Source: an uncultured Eubacteriales bacterium
GTDB taxonomy: Bacteria; Acidobacteriota; Aminicenantia; Aminicenantales; Aminicenantaceae
NCBI GenBank assembly: GCA_964348015.1
Contig: CAYGBC010000039.1
Coordinates: 77,998 to 141,997, forward strand
Direction of reading: 5' to 3'
Length of the DNA: 64,000 nt
Shown here: positions 19,410 to 28,785 of the stretch, in pieces
How positions within the stretch are numbered: the first letter of the stretch is position 1
Layout: every line of letters begins with the position of its first letter
Notes under the pieces: model-generated
Seen by the model: the letters and a program-made list of their open reading frames with translations, nothing else
Databases searched by the model: none
What the model was told of the DNA's origin: nothing
Position numbers and translations under genes: made by a program

Positions 19410-20128
19410 CTGCCCGTTTCTTTTAAAAAATTTTCAACCCTGATTATATCCTCAGGAGTGTCAACACTCAAGGGGGAATGCGAACTTTCTACGATTTTTA
19501 TCCTGTAGCCGTTCTCCAGCGCTCTGAGCTGCTCCAAGTTTTCGGCTTGTTCTCGTCTAGAGGGAGGAATCCGGCAAAATTTGAGGAGAAACTCCTTTTG
19601 ATAGCCGTATATCCCGATATGCCGCCAGAAATATTCCGATGCCGGAGAAGAATGAAGAGAACGGGAGAAATTCAAGGCAAAACTTTTTTCATCCGAAACA
19701 ACCTTGACAACATTGGTGTCGTCCAGGAGTCCCCTGTCATCTTCTTTCACGGCCAGAGTGGCCATCGGAATGTCTTCATCCTGCAGAGCCTCCACCAGCT
19801 CATCGATGGGATCTCCTTGAATGAGGGGCTCATCTCCCTGGATATTGATGATGATCGGGCTGTCTATTTCCTGGGCGACCTCGGCCACCCTATCGGTGCC
19901 AGAACGATGAGATGCGGAGGTCATCCGAACCTCTGCACCAAAATTTTGAGCGGCCCGCAAGATCCTTTCGTCGTCAGTGGCCACGACAACTGCTTTCAAA
20001 TTTTTTGCTGCGCATGCGGCTTCATAGACGCGTTGGATCATGGATTTTCCATTGATCAAAGCCAGAGGCTTTCCCGGGAATCGAACCGAGTGATATCGCG
20101 CGGGGATGATGCCTGTGGCCTTTTTCAA
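19406..20128 (-). CDS. kdsB: 3-deoxy-manno-octulosonate cytidylyltransferase (CMP-KDO synthetase)
   Basis: IIPARYHSVRFPGKPL and IQGDEPL motifs. The start is TTG and overlaps the bactofilin stop (TTGA). Confidence 0.88.
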   Translation of the reverse strand: MKKATGIIPARYHSVRFPGKPLALINGKSMIQRVYEAACAAKNLKAVVVATDDERILRAAQNFGAEVRMTSASHRSGTDRVAEVAQEIDSPIIINIQGDEPLIQGDPIDELVEALQDEDIPMATLAVKEDDRGLLDDTNVVKVVSDEKSFALNFSRSLHSSPASEYFWRHIGIYGYQKEFLLKFCRIPPSRREQAENLEQLRALENGYRIKIVESSHSPLSVDTPEDIIRVENFLKETGR

Positions 20129-20544
20129 GATTCGTATTCCGTTTCGGCCTCTTCCTCCGGTTTTTCAGGCTCTTCGAGATTTTCGGGGGGTGGAGGCAGC
20201 TCAGAGGTCTGACAGCTGGATTCAAGGTAGGCTCCCTCTTCAACAACCAGCGTTGGGGCGGTGACAGTCCCGATGACTCGACCGCTGGCATTGATTTCCA
20301 CCTTGTCACGGGCTTGGATGCTGCCCTTGACTTCACCGTTGATGATGATGAAACCGATAGTGATGTCTGCTTCGACTTTTCCGTTCTCTCCGACGATGAG
20401 AGTGGATTCAGAGTTTATTTTTCCTTTGAATACCCCATCAATACGGAACGATCCTTTGAAGCTTAAATCTCCTTCGATTTGAGTGTCCTTGTCGAAAAAA
20501 CCTGTCAAATTGCTTTCGTCGATTTCAGTTCTTCTGTCTTCCAT
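20125..20544 (-). CDS. bactofilin (polymer-forming cytoskeletal protein)
   Basis: 139 aa with repetitive beta-helix-type pattern (IEGDLSFKGSFRIDGVFKGKI…VEADITIGFIIINGEVKGSI…) and an acidic Pro/Glu tail. It starts 5 nt downstream of parB. Confidence 0.8.
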   Translation of the reverse strand: MEDRRTEIDESNLTGFFDKDTQIEGDLSFKGSFRIDGVFKGKINSESTLIVGENGKVEADITIGFIIINGEVKGSIQARDKVEINASGRVIGTVTAPTLVVEEGAYLESSCQTSELPPPPENLEEPEKPEEEAETEYES

Positions 20545-20548
20545 CGGT

Positions 20549-21388
20549 TCACTCCTTTATTTTATCAAAAATTCGGTTTAATTCTTCCGTGGAGAAATAG
20601 TGGATTTTTATGACTCCCCTGTTCTGGTTTCCTGAGAGGGAAACCTTTGTTCCCAGGTATCGGATGAATTCTTCCTGGAGGGCCATGAGGTCAGGATCTG
20701 GGGGGCGCTTCTTTTCCTTTTGGGGAGCGTCCTTGAGTTTTTGAGCTGTCTTTTCCACCTGACGGACAGAGAGTTGGTTTTTTATGGTTTTCCGGGCAAG
20801 TGCAATTTGAGCTTTTGCATTTTCAAGTGAGAGCAGCGCTCTGGCATGACCCATCGAAATGCTTCCCGATGCCAGAGAATCCTGGATTTCTTTCGGAAGG
20901 TTGAGAAGACGGAGATAGTTGGCCACAGAAGCCCTATCCTTCCCCACCTTTTCAGCGATATCCTCTTGTGTGTAGTTCAATTCCTGGCTGAGTTTTTGGT
21001 AGGCCAGCGCGATTTCTAAAGGATTCAGGTCTTCTCTTTGGATGTTTTCAACGAGGGAAGTCTCCAGCTGCTGCGCCACGGGCATGGAGCGGATGATAGA
21101 GGGGATTTTTTTAAAGCCGATTTTCTGCGCTGCACGCCATCGGCGTTCTCCGACGATGATGGTGTAATGGTTCCCCTCAGGAACGACAAGCACAGGCTGA
21201 AGAATGCCGGATTCCTTTATCGAGCTGGCGAGCTCGTCAATGGAATCTTTGCTGAATTTCAGTCTCGGCTGGTAAGAGCTGGGCTTGAGTTTTTCAATGT
21301 CCAGCTCTGCAAACTGTTCCTCCTTCAAGATGCCGAATTCCTCCGGGATGAACGCTTTTAATCCTTTTCCGAGCGCTTTCTTTTTCAT
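20549..21388 (-). CDS. parB: chromosome partitioning protein ParB
   Basis: 279 aa with LGKGLKAF, the IIVGERRWRAAQ ParB box, and an HTH region. Confidence 0.93.
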   Translation of the reverse strand: MKKKALGKGLKAFIPEEFGILKEEQFAELDIEKLKPSSYQPRLKFSKDSIDELASSIKESGILQPVLVVPEGNHYTIIVGERRWRAAQKIGFKKIPSIIRSMPVAQQLETSLVENIQREDLNPLEIALAYQKLSQELNYTQEDIAEKVGKDRASVANYLRLLNLPKEIQDSLASGSISMGHARALLSLENAKAQIALARKTIKNQLSVRQVEKTAQKLKDAPQKEKKRPPDPDLMALQEEFIRYLGTKVSLSGNQNRGVIKIHYFSTEELNRIFDKIKE

Positions 21389-22140
21389 CTCTGTAAAAAC
21401 TCCTGAGCTAAATTTAAATAGGCCGCGGCTCCCTTTGAGCTTCTTGCGTAAAGAATAACTGGTTTGCCGTAGCTGGGAGCTTCGGCAATTCTGACTGTAC
21501 GAGGGATGATGACCTCATACGTGACTTCCTTGAGAAAATGCTGCACTTCATGGGCGACCTGTTTGGAGAGGTTCGTTCGTTCGTCAAACATGGTGAGAAG
21601 GATGCCTTCGATTGAAAGCGAGGGATTCAGATGCGTGCGCACTTCATCCAGGATCCGGAAGAGTTCGGGGATGCCTTCCATGCAGAAAAATTCGCACTGA
21701 ACCGGAATGAGGACAGAATCGGCAGCCGTGAGAGCGTTGATGGTGAGAAAACCGAGTGAAGGGGGACAGTCGATAAAGATAAAATCAAAGAAATTCCTCA
21801 CTTGATTCAAGGCATTGCGGAGCTGTTTCTCCTTTTTCTCTTTGGAGAACAGCTCAGCCTCTGCACCCGCCAATTCGGGTGAGCAGGGACATATATAGAG
21901 CTGGTTGACATCTGTGGGGTGGATACAGTCCATCATCCTCTGCCCGTTCATCAAGGCCTGATAGATTCCCTTCTTGGTCTCTTTCGTTTTTCCCAATCCG
22001 ATCGTAGCCATTCCTTGGGGATCAAAATCGACCACCAGAGTCCTTTTTTTCGTCAGGGCCAGCGAGGCGGCGAGGTTAACCGCAGTCGTCGTTTTTCCGA
22101 CTCCCCCTTTTTGGTTGGCTATCGCTATGATTTTACTCAT
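21385..22140 (-). CDS. parA: chromosome partitioning ATPase ParA/Soj
   Basis: 251 aa with the deviant Walker A NQKGGVGKTT. It overlaps parB by 4 nt. Confidence 0.93.
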   Translation of the reverse strand: MSKIIAIANQKGGVGKTTTAVNLAASLALTKKRTLVVDFDPQGMATIGLGKTKETKKGIYQALMNGQRMMDCIHPTDVNQLYICPCSPELAGAEAELFSKEKKEKQLRNALNQVRNFFDFIFIDCPPSLGFLTINALTAADSVLIPVQCEFFCMEGIPELFRILDEVRTHLNPSLSIEGILLTMFDERTNLSKQVAHEVQHFLKEVTYEVIIPRTVRIAEAPSYGKPVILYARSSKGAAAYLNLAQEFLQR

Positions 22141-24010
22141 TGTTTTTCAATGTTCCACGTGGAACATTTTGTTGAACCTGCTTTTTTCTCTTCTGGACCT
22201 GCAGGAAAACATGCAGATTCACTGCGGCAGCTGGAGTGACGCCCGGTATTTTCTTTGCTTCGCCTATTGTCGGGGGTTTGAATTCATCCAATTTTTCTGC
22301 TGCTTCTCGAGTCAATCCAGGGATTTTAAGGAAATCTGTGTTTTCCGGAATTTTTTCTCCGTCGACCTTCCGGATTCTCGCGATCTCCCTTTCTTGTTTT
22401 TTGAGGTAACCCTCGTATTTGACCTCTGATTCTGTATGACGCATCTCTTCATCTGATAAACGCAATTTAAATTTTGTATATTCTACCATATTTTTCAGTT
22501 TCACTTCAGGTTTTTTTAGATAATCCCGGAGAGACAGGCTTTCTTGATTTTCCGTCCGTATTTTTTCTCGATGGAGGAAATTCATGGTTTTCTTGATTTT
22601 ATCCTGTTTTTTCAGGAAATTTTCGTAGTCTTTTTCACCAATCAACCCCATTTTATATCCGTAGGGGGTCAATCTTTTGTCCGCATTGTCGATACGGAGG
22701 AAAAGCCTGTATTCAGCCCGAGAGGTGAAGAGTCGGTAGGGTTCTTCCACTCCCTTTGTGATCAGATCGTCGATCAGAACACCGATGTAAGCTTCATCTC
22801 TTCTCAGGATGAAAGGCTTTTTCCTCTTGATTTTTAGGCTTGCGTTAATACCGGCCATCAGCCCCTGCGCCGCGGCTTCTTCGTAACCGGAAGTCCCGTT
22901 GATCTGGCCCGCCAGGAACAGGTTTTGGACAGACTTCGTTTCCAGAGTGGGATGAAGCTGAGTGGGAATCACGGCATCGTATTCGATACCGTACGCCGGC
23001 CTGAGTATTTTGGCCTCGTCCAAACCGGGGATGCTTTTCAAAATATCCTTCTGGACTTCGAGGGGAAGGCTGGAAGACATTCCGTTGACGTAGGTTTCGG
23101 ATGTTTCCAATCCTTCGGGCTCGAGGAAAAACTGATGCCGGAGATGATGGGGAAATTTGACGATTTTGTCCTCGATGGAGGGGCAGTAACGCGGCCCGAT
23201 GCCGATGATTTTCCCGCTGTACAGGGGAGATTTATCCAGGTTTTGATTGATGATTTTATGAGTTTTTTGGTTCGTGTGCCCGATATGGCAGAGAATTCTG
23301 TTTTCAAGAGGTTTATGAGTCCGGAAAGAGAATGGAACTGGCTCCTTGTCTCCGGGCTGGGGGATGAAACGGTCCCATTCGATCGTGTTTTTGTCGAGTC
23401 TCATCGGGGTTCCGGTTTTAAGGCGGAAAGTTTTCAGCCCGATTTTTTTCAGGTTCTCGCCAAGCTCGAGCGAAGCCGGTTCGTTCGCCCTCCCTGCAGA
23501 ATAGCTGCGTAATCCCATATGAATCAGGCCGTTGAGGAAGGTTCCTGGCGTGAGAATCACGGCCCTGGCAAGAAGACGATTGCCTTCTCGCGTCAGAACG
23601 CCAGTCGCCTTTTGGTTTTTTACCAGGATTGCTGTCACAACTCCCTGGAAGAGCGTCAGGTTGGGGATTTTTTCCAGCCAGCTCTTCATGGTCAATCTGT
23701 AGATGGCCTTGTCAGATTGTGCGCGCGGGGCCTGAACAGCTCCGCCCCGACTTCGGTTCAGGAGCCTGAACTGAATCCCTGTTTCGTCGGCCAGGAGCCC
23801 CATGATTCCGCCCAAGGCATCGATTTCTCGGACGAGATGGCCCTTTGCCAGGCCTCCTATGGCGGGATTGCAGGACATCTGGGCGATTGTCTCGAGGTGA
23901 AACGTGATGAGACAAGTCTTGAGGCCGAGTGTGCTCGCGGCGTGGGCCGCTTCACAGCCGGCGTGCCCGGCGCCGATGACGATCACGTCGTATTTATCCA
24001 CAAAATTCAT
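22133..24010 (-). CDS. mnmG: tRNA uridine 5-carboxymethylaminomethyl modification enzyme MnmG (GidA)
   Basis: 625 aa with the FAD motif VIGAGHAGCEAA and an overall MnmG-like sequence. Confidence 0.95.
   Translation of the reverse strand: MNFVDKYDVIVIGAGHAGCEAAHAASTLGLKTCLITFHLETIAQMSCNPAIGGLAKGHLVREIDALGGIMGLLADETGIQFRLLNRSRGGAVQAPRAQSDKAIYRLTMKSWLEKIPNLTLFQGVVTAILVKNQKATGVLTREGNRLLARAVILTPGTFLNGLIHMGLRSYSAGRANEPASLELGENLKKIGLKTFRLKTGTPMRLDKNTIEWDRFIPQPGDKEPVPFSFRTHKPLENRILCHIGHTNQKTHKIINQNLDKSPLYSGKIIGIGPRYCPSIEDKIVKFPHHLRHQFFLEPEGLETSETYVNGMSSSLPLEVQKDILKSIPGLDEAKILRPAYGIEYDAVIPTQLHPTLETKSVQNLFLAGQINGTSGYEEAAAQGLMAGINASLKIKRKKPFILRRDEAYIGVLIDDLITKGVEEPYRLFTSRAEYRLFLRIDNADKRLTPYGYKMGLIGEKDYENFLKKQDKIKKTMNFLHREKIRTENQESLSLRDYLKKPEVKLKNMVEYTKFKLRLSDEEMRHTESEVKYEGYLKKQEREIARIRKVDGEKIPENTDFLKIPGLTREAAEKLDEFKPPTIGEAKKIPGVTPAAAVNLHVFLQVQKRKKQVQQNVPRGTLKNNE
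22151..22166. other. parS: parS centromere-like site
   Basis: Perfect 16-bp palindrome TGTTCCACGTGGAACA. It differs from the canonical TGTTTCACGTGAAACA by one symmetric position pair. It lies 11 nt upstream of the parA ATG, inside the last codons of mnmG. Confidence 0.8.
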
Positions 24011-24019
24011 TTTTAATCT

Positions 24020-25387
24020 TTATTTTCCAACACAGAACCGGCTGAATATCTCGTTGATAATATCGTCCGCGTGAATTTCTCCAGTGAGCTGCCCGATCAG
24101 AGGAATGGACTTGCGGATTTCTTCTGCATAAATCTCTTCGGGATATCCTTGTTTGAGGAGACTCTGTCCCTCGACCAGAGAATCAAGGATTTCCTCGAGA
24201 ACGAGCTTTTGCCTCAAATGCAGGATGATTTCTTCCTCCTGCGTCAGGTCGGGAACGAAAAATTTATGGATTTTTTCTTTCAGATTTTTCAGGTTTGTTC
24301 CCTTGAGTGCGGATATTTCAAGAGCGGGGATGTGTCCTGCCCTTTTTTTGACGAGTTCTGTGTTCATTTTCTGCGGGAGGTCTATTTTGTTGAAAAGCAG
24401 CAGAGTCTTCTTCTCTTGGAATTTTTTTATCAGTTTAAAATCCTCAGTGGTCTCTTTGCGTGAGACATCCAGAAGGAGAAGGATTCCTTCTGCCTGAGAA
24501 GCGAGCTTTTTTCCTCTTTTGATCCCTTCTTTCTCAACGGGGTGAATCGGGCTTCCCAGTCCAGCCATGTCGATCAGGGTAAAAATGGAATCCTTTATGC
24601 TGATGTTTTCCCTGAGATAATCCCGGGTCGTTCCGGGATGAGAAGTGACAATGGCCCTGTCTTTTTCGAGAAGCGAATTAAAGAGTGTGGATTTCCCCAC
24701 GTTGGCTCTTCCTGCAATGGCTAGCGTGATGCCTTCTGAGAGCGTTTTCCCAAGATTATAGCTTTCGACGAGCCTGTTCACGGAGTGAACAACATTTTTG
24801 AGTGTTTTCAACGTCTTTTTCCTGGAAGTTCGCAATCCGTCCTCCGGGAATTCGATGCCGGCTTCGATTTGAGAAAGGAGATGAATGATCTGAGACCTGA
24901 GAGCGGACACCTGTTTGGAAAGGCTGCCTTCGAGCTGTTTAAAGGATATTTTCGCCTGTTTAAAGGAGGCGGCATGGATGATGTCGTTAACGGCCTCTGC
25001 CTGAAGGATGTCGATTCTCCCTTCTAGATAAGCCCTGAGAGTGAACTCGCCGGGGTTTGCGTGTCTGGCTCCTTCCTTTATGCCGAGGCGAACAAGCTGT
25101 TCAAGAATGACAGGACTTCCATGACAGCTGATCTCAACCATTTCTTCTCGAGTGTAAGTGTAGGGTTTGGGGAAATACGTTAAAAAAGCCTCTTCGAAAG
25201 AGTCCTTCTGCTCAGGATTGTACAGTTTTCCGAGCACGGGACGCCTTGGGATGATCTTCGTCCCGCGCTTTTTGGGCTTGAATATTTTTTTCGCGATGGA
25301 AAGAGATTTTCTTCCGCTGAGCCGTACGATGCCCAGGCCTCCGAGTCCGAGAGGAGTGGAGATTGCGATGATTGTATCGTCCAGCAT
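24020..25387 (-). CDS. mnmE: tRNA modification GTPase MnmE (TrmE)
   Basis: 455 aa with G-domain GRANVGKSTLFN and the C-terminal FCVGK motif. Confidence 0.94.
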   Translation of the reverse strand: MLDDTIIAISTPLGLGGLGIVRLSGRKSLSIAKKIFKPKKRGTKIIPRRPVLGKLYNPEQKDSFEEAFLTYFPKPYTYTREEMVEISCHGSPVILEQLVRLGIKEGARHANPGEFTLRAYLEGRIDILQAEAVNDIIHAASFKQAKISFKQLEGSLSKQVSALRSQIIHLLSQIEAGIEFPEDGLRTSRKKTLKTLKNVVHSVNRLVESYNLGKTLSEGITLAIAGRANVGKSTLFNSLLEKDRAIVTSHPGTTRDYLRENISIKDSIFTLIDMAGLGSPIHPVEKEGIKRGKKLASQAEGILLLLDVSRKETTEDFKLIKKFQEKKTLLLFNKIDLPQKMNTELVKKRAGHIPALEISALKGTNLKNLKEKIHKFFVPDLTQEEEIILHLRQKLVLEEILDSLVEGQSLLKQGYPEEIYAEEIRKSIPLIGQLTGEIHADDIINEIFSRFCVGK

Positions 25388-25510
25388 AAAACATATATTA
25401 ATTCCTGGAGAGGAAACAGTAAAGATTTAAATTTACAAGAAGAAACATCGAAAGAAGAAAAAGACAGCGGGGATTTATCAATCAGTCAATACAATAATGA
25501 ACAGAGGAGG

Positions 25511-26143
25511 CTATGCCGCCTCATTCTTCAGGGAGGAAATCTTGATTCTTTTCAGGAATCCGTCTCCGATGCTCTCCGTCGTGATCCCTGGGATTTGATT
25601 CACGGTGATGTGGACGATCCGTCTTTCATAGGGATTCATCATATCCAGAATTTCATCCTTCCCTGTCTCATGCACTTGATTGGCCATATGCTGCGCGTAC
25701 TCCTTGATGCGTTTTTCCTTCCTCTTTCTGTAAAAATCACAGTCCGCTTGAACTTTCTGGGGAGAGACTTTGTTGAGAATATGCTGGAAAGCCATGAGAA
25801 GGGCGCCGTCTTTCCGGAGGAGAAGGTGTTTATCAGGGCCCTCGAAGATGATGTGAATCACGTCATTTCTTCTTTTAATCTGGTAATGGATATCAAGAGG
25901 CAAAAAGGAAAGAATCTTATTCAGAGACTGGGCCACCGGGTCTTTTTTGGGTTCTATTTTTGGCCAGGCACGGATGACTATTTCTTTGCCCCTCATCCCG
26001 AAGAGCTTAGTTTTTTCGGCGACCACTTCATAGGCGAACTTGCTCCGGGGAAGCTTGAGGACGTGTTCAGCCTGGCTTATGACATCCTCTAAATTTTTTC
26101 CCTTGAATTCTTGCTCTTGGTTACTTTTTTCTTCTTTTTCCAT
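25511..26143 (-). CDS. jag: Jag/KhpB-type RNA-binding protein (KH + R3H)
   Basis: 210 aa with a C-terminal R3H-like ERRIVHITV. It sits in the conserved position downstream of yidC. Confidence 0.8.
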   Translation of the reverse strand: MEKEEKSNQEQEFKGKNLEDVISQAEHVLKLPRSKFAYEVVAEKTKLFGMRGKEIVIRAWPKIEPKKDPVAQSLNKILSFLPLDIHYQIKRRNDVIHIIFEGPDKHLLLRKDGALLMAFQHILNKVSPQKVQADCDFYRKRKEKRIKEYAQHMANQVHETGKDEILDMMNPYERRIVHITVNQIPGITTESIGDGFLKRIKISSLKNEAA

Positions 26144-27812
26144 GGGTTTTGCTCTTTTCTTTTTCTCTCAAGCGGTTAATGATGTACTGCTGACCGATCT
26201 GAAGGATGTTGTTTGTCAGCCAGTAGAGGACGAGGCCGCTCGGAAAACTAAGGAATAATATTGTAAAAATAACGGGCATAAGAAGCATCATCCTGGCCTG
26301 AGTGGGGTCGGCGGAAGTGGGCGTCATTTTCTGGCTGATGAACTGAGTCACACCCATCAGGATTGGAGTCACATAAAAGGGATCTTTTGCGGAAAGGTCT
26401 GTGATCCAGAGAACGAACGGACTCTGTCTGAATTCGATGGCCACCATCAATAGTCTGAAAAATCCGAAGAAAACAGGGATCTGTATGAGCATAGGCAGGC
26501 ATCCTCCGGCCGGATTGACTCCCTGCTCCTTGTAGAGCTTCATGATCTCTTCATTCATCTTGCGCCGTTGAGCGATGTCTGTCTTGGACTTTTTGTACCT
26601 GGCGCGAATGGATTTGATCTTGGGTTGGAGCTCCTGCATCTTGGCCATTGAACGCATGCTGCTGTAGGTTAAAGGAAAGAAGAGAATTTTGATGACAAAG
26701 GTGATGAGGATGATTGCCAGTCCCCAGTTACCGAGGACTCCGTAGAAATACTTGCTCGCTTTCAGAAGAATTTGCGAAATGAAACCGAACATTCCGAACC
26801 GGACGAGTCTTTTTGTTTCATGACCGAATTCATCCAGAATGTCGTATTCTTTCGGTCCGATGAAGGCCTTATTGGGGGGTGTCATCGAGAGAAAAAAGTA
26901 CGGATTGTCTTCTGGGCCCTCTGCCAAGAAAGCCACGCTGGACTTCTGGTAAGGTGTGAGGAAAATAGCTGCGAAATAGTTGTTCTCGTAGGCCGCCCAC
27001 TGGATGAAATAAAAGACGTTTTTGTTTTTGCTGGCCAGTTCCCTCCATTTTTGCATCGGTCTGAGTTTTTGTTCGTTCAGGCGGGAATCTTTCTGAGGAG
27101 GATAGACGTCCATGCCGCTCCCCCCAGCTCCGAGCCTTCTTTTGGTGTCGTCGGGTGTTGGGTTGCCGAATCCTGGCCCCCAGATGACGTGAGGCTCGAT
27201 TTTTTGCCCGGACTTCCACACGCTGATCTGTACGTCAAAATCGTACCTCCCGTCCTGAAAGACAAGGATTTTTTCGACTCGGTTTCCTCTCTCATCCGCG
27301 AATTGAAACCGAAGCTCTCCGGCGCGGCCCTCTTCCAGTCCGAGGCTAAAGACGGAGGCTTGATAAAGGGCAGCGTTGACCTGGCTGTCGAACGAGGAAT
27401 CATCCGTTCTTAACGAGAAAGGAAAGAGGTTGACCTCGGGCGCGAGTCGAGACACAAGCTCGAGATCTTCTTTGTTCTCATCCTTGTGTTTTTTGAGCCT
27501 CCAGCTCTTCAAAACCGCCCCTCTGTTGCTCCAGACCGCTTGATACAAGGAAGTGTCCACCAGGATATCTTCTTCGGTTGATGATGAAATGACCTGGGAG
27601 ACAATTTCTTCTGTGGGCTGCTCTTTTTCTTGAACCCTTTTCGCCGCTTCAGGAGTTTCCTCGACGAATGGGAGCTGTTCAGGTTTTTTTTCAGCCACTT
27701 CAGTACTTTCCAGTGGAGTTTCCGTCACGGGTTTCGGCTTATTGAAGATGACCTGGAAGAGAATCAAGACTATGAAGGAAAGGACAATCGCCAGCAAAAC
27801 TCTTTTTTCCAT
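26121..27812 (-). CDS. yidC: membrane protein insertase YidC (long periplasmic domain type)
   Basis: 563 aa with an N-terminal TM, a large periplasmic domain, and the conserved C-terminal core (GCLPMLIQIPVFFGFF…). Confidence 0.94.
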   Translation of the reverse strand: MEKRVLLAIVLSFIVLILFQVIFNKPKPVTETPLESTEVAEKKPEQLPFVEETPEAAKRVQEKEQPTEEIVSQVISSSTEEDILVDTSLYQAVWSNRGAVLKSWRLKKHKDENKEDLELVSRLAPEVNLFPFSLRTDDSSFDSQVNAALYQASVFSLGLEEGRAGELRFQFADERGNRVEKILVFQDGRYDFDVQISVWKSGQKIEPHVIWGPGFGNPTPDDTKRRLGAGGSGMDVYPPQKDSRLNEQKLRPMQKWRELASKNKNVFYFIQWAAYENNYFAAIFLTPYQKSSVAFLAEGPEDNPYFFLSMTPPNKAFIGPKEYDILDEFGHETKRLVRFGMFGFISQILLKASKYFYGVLGNWGLAIILITFVIKILFFPLTYSSMRSMAKMQELQPKIKSIRARYKKSKTDIAQRRKMNEEIMKLYKEQGVNPAGGCLPMLIQIPVFFGFFRLLMVAIEFRQSPFVLWITDLSAKDPFYVTPILMGVTQFISQKMTPTSADPTQARMMLLMPVIFTILFLSFPSGLVLYWLTNNILQIGQQYIINRLREKEKSKTHGKRRKK

Positions 27813-27824
27813 TTCAAATGCCTC

Positions 27825-28034
27825 TTAAGGAAGCGGGTCGACTCCTCCAGGATGAAAGGGGTGACACTTGAGGAGCCTTTTGCTTCCTAGGTATATTCCT
27901 CTCAAAAATCCGTATTTTCTTATGGCTTCTTGGGTGTATACCGAACATGTCGGGTAGAAGCGACAGCTGCGTCCGAGCAGAGGGGACAGGGTCAACTGGT
28001 AAATTCTGATCAAGAATAAAGCGGCTTTTCTCAT
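27825..28034 (-). CDS. yidD: membrane protein insertion efficiency factor YidD
   Basis: 69 aa with [26 protein letters not shown]. Confidence 0.9.
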   Translation of the reverse strand: MRKAALFLIRIYQLTLSPLLGRSCRFYPTCSVYTQEAIRKYGFLRGIYLGSKRLLKCHPFHPGGVDPLP

Positions 28035-28387
28035 GGGGATGAGTTATTTTTAGAGATGGATTCCACGGCTCTAAAATATTCATCTTGCAGCTTGAGCCAG
28101 GAGGCTTCGAGGATTTCTTTTTTTGCGATGATGATGATATCAAAGGGATTTTTAAACAAATGCTTGTTCCTTCGGAATAATGTTCTTATCCATCTTTTGA
28201 TTTTATTTCTTTTAACGGCGCTACCGACTTTTTTACTGACTACAACGGCCATTCTGGAAAAGCTTGAAGCGCTGGAGAGATAAATAAGGTTGAAATATTT
28301 GCCTCTGTAACGCTTGCCTTTTTTATAAAGGAGGTTGAATTCTTTTTTCTTTCTTATTTTTTCTGGAAGGCCGAAAGTCTCATCCAT
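28031..28387 (-). CDS. rnpA: RNase P protein component
   Basis: 118 aa, basic, with the RNR-like motif [15 protein letters not shown]. It overlaps yidD by 4 nt. Confidence 0.88.
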   Translation of the reverse strand: MDETFGLPEKIRKKKEFNLLYKKGKRYRGKYFNLIYLSSASSFSRMAVVVSKKVGSAVKRNKIKRWIRTLFRRNKHLFKNPFDIIIIAKKEILEASWLKLQDEYFRAVESISKNNSSP

Positions 28388-28521
28388 TAACCTGCAAGTC
28401 TTTTTCTGCCTTTTCTTCTTCGGTTCTTGACAATGTGCTGACCGCCCTTCGTCCGCATCCGAACGAGAAAGCCATGATTCTTTTTTCTTTTTCTCTTGTT
28501 GGGCTGGAATGTTCGTTTCAT
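28387..28521 (-). CDS. rpmH: 50S ribosomal protein L34
   Basis: Not in the ORF track because it is under 60 aa. My translation of the minus strand gives [44 protein letters not shown] (44 aa). Its TAA stop shares 1 nt with the rnpA ATG. Confidence 0.9.
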   Translation of the reverse strand: MKRTFQPNKRKRKKNHGFLVRMRTKGGQHIVKNRRRKGRKRLAG

Positions 28522-28554
28522 CTTTTCTTTCTCAACTTTTTTGTCGGAAGAAGT

Positions 28555-28583
28555 ATGTTATTAAACCTGTCGTTATCTGTCAA
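28555..28583 (-). promoter_or_regulatory. candidate sigma70-type promoter for rpmH-rnpA
   Basis: On the minus strand: TTGACA (28583-28578), 17-nt spacer, TAACAT (28560-28555). Confidence 0.35.
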
Positions 28584-28748
28584 GTTAGAAAATCAGATCA
28601 TCCCTTTTGTCCGCTGTGATTTGGTTCGCACCAGAATTTCATATCGCTTCGCGGCCGGCGCGGCTTCGTTGATTGACCGGGTGAGCTTCAAGGATGCTAA
28701 GGCCGATTTTACGGAAAAATAAAAGCCAAATATTTCATGGAAATTGAT

Positions 28749-28777
28749 TTGACTCCATTGAAGAGATTGATTATAAT
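28749..28777 (+). promoter_or_regulatory. candidate sigma70-type promoter for carD (would give a leaderless or near-leaderless mRNA)
   Basis: TTGACT 28749-28754, exactly 17 nt spacer, consensus TATAAT 28772-28777. The carD ATG is at 28786 with no Shine-Dalgarno between. Confidence 0.5.
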
Positions 28778-28785
28778 AATGCCCC

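Noticed and set aside
28522-28785. Possible oriC in the rpmH/carD divergent intergenic region. This is where gene orientation switches and where dnaA often sits.
   Set aside because: No dnaA gene is present, and I could find no cluster of DnaA-box-like 9-mers (the best candidates have 3 or more mismatches). The region is well explained by two divergent promoters. Minus-strand genes resume after 31 kb, so the strand switch is not a clean replication-origin signature.
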